Source of the DNA: a bacterium
GTDB lineage: Bacteria; Verrucomicrobiota; Verrucomicrobiia; Limisphaerales; RI-55
DNA: 64,000 nt
Direction: 5' to 3'
NCBI GenBank assembly: GCA_031362805.1
Contig: JANLTG010000053.1
Location: 42,207 to 106,206, forward strand
The translations under genes were made by a program, and so were the position numbers. Under the pieces are notes generated by a model, which saw only the letters and a program-made list of their open reading frames with translations, was not told the origin of the DNA and made no database searches. This document shows, in pieces, positions 63,989 through 64,000 of this stretch; position 1 is the first letter of the stretch; the number at the start of each line of letters is the position of its first letter.

Positions 63989-64000
63989 GGGTGGACCATG

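Overview
High-GC bacterial chromosome fragment. Hand counts on single 60-nt lines give about 65-67% GC in core genes. Gene content (giant beta-helix/RHS surface protein, DUF1080, HGSNAT-like acyltransferase, FtsZ-containing dcw cluster fused to an Lpt/KdsC/HprK block) suggests a PVC/Verrucomicrobiota-like diderm; that is inference only. Layout: (1) 31-2636, MFS transporter and Gfo/Idh/MocA oxidoreductase. (2) 2906-14782, one roughly 3,958-aa secreted protein made of five full and one partial tandem beta-helix modules, a complete RHS/YD cage and an unassignable 127-aa C-terminal tail, followed by a small secreted YD/TSP3 protein. (3) 16797-22053, a 5.25-kb lower-GC integrated element that splits a tRNA(CAU) gene inside its anticodon loop. 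It is flanked by 9-bp direct repeats. It carries a tyrosine integrase, an AbiEi/AbiEii pair with a tightly coupled third ORF, a relaxase C-terminal remnant with hairpins, an excisionase-like HTH, paired arm-type repeats, and its own intact tRNA(CAU). (4) 22198-35487, housekeeping and accessory genes: two ABC systems, IscA/HscB, MetE-like methionine synthase, Hpt, a DUF433/DUF5615 pair, DUF1080, LamG-VanZ, and an AT-richer orphan zinc-ribbon gene. (5) 35553-60380, a roughly 25-kb uninterrupted minus-strand array: mraZ-orf-rsmH-ftsL-ftsI-murE-orf-murF-mraY-murD-LysM-ftsW-murG-murC::murB-orf-ddl-ftsQ-ftsA-ftsZ-kdsC-647-aa Lpt-like protein-lptB-hprK. (6) 60598-63988, an SPC/HEGST-type P1B ATPase and a PLP-dependent Ser/Thr dehydratase-like enzyme. 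No rRNA or CRISPR array was seen. The most unusual signal is the split tRNA plus the element-borne replacement tRNA; standard tRNA finders would not report either half. Many long ORFs in the track are antisense artefacts of high GC and were rejected.
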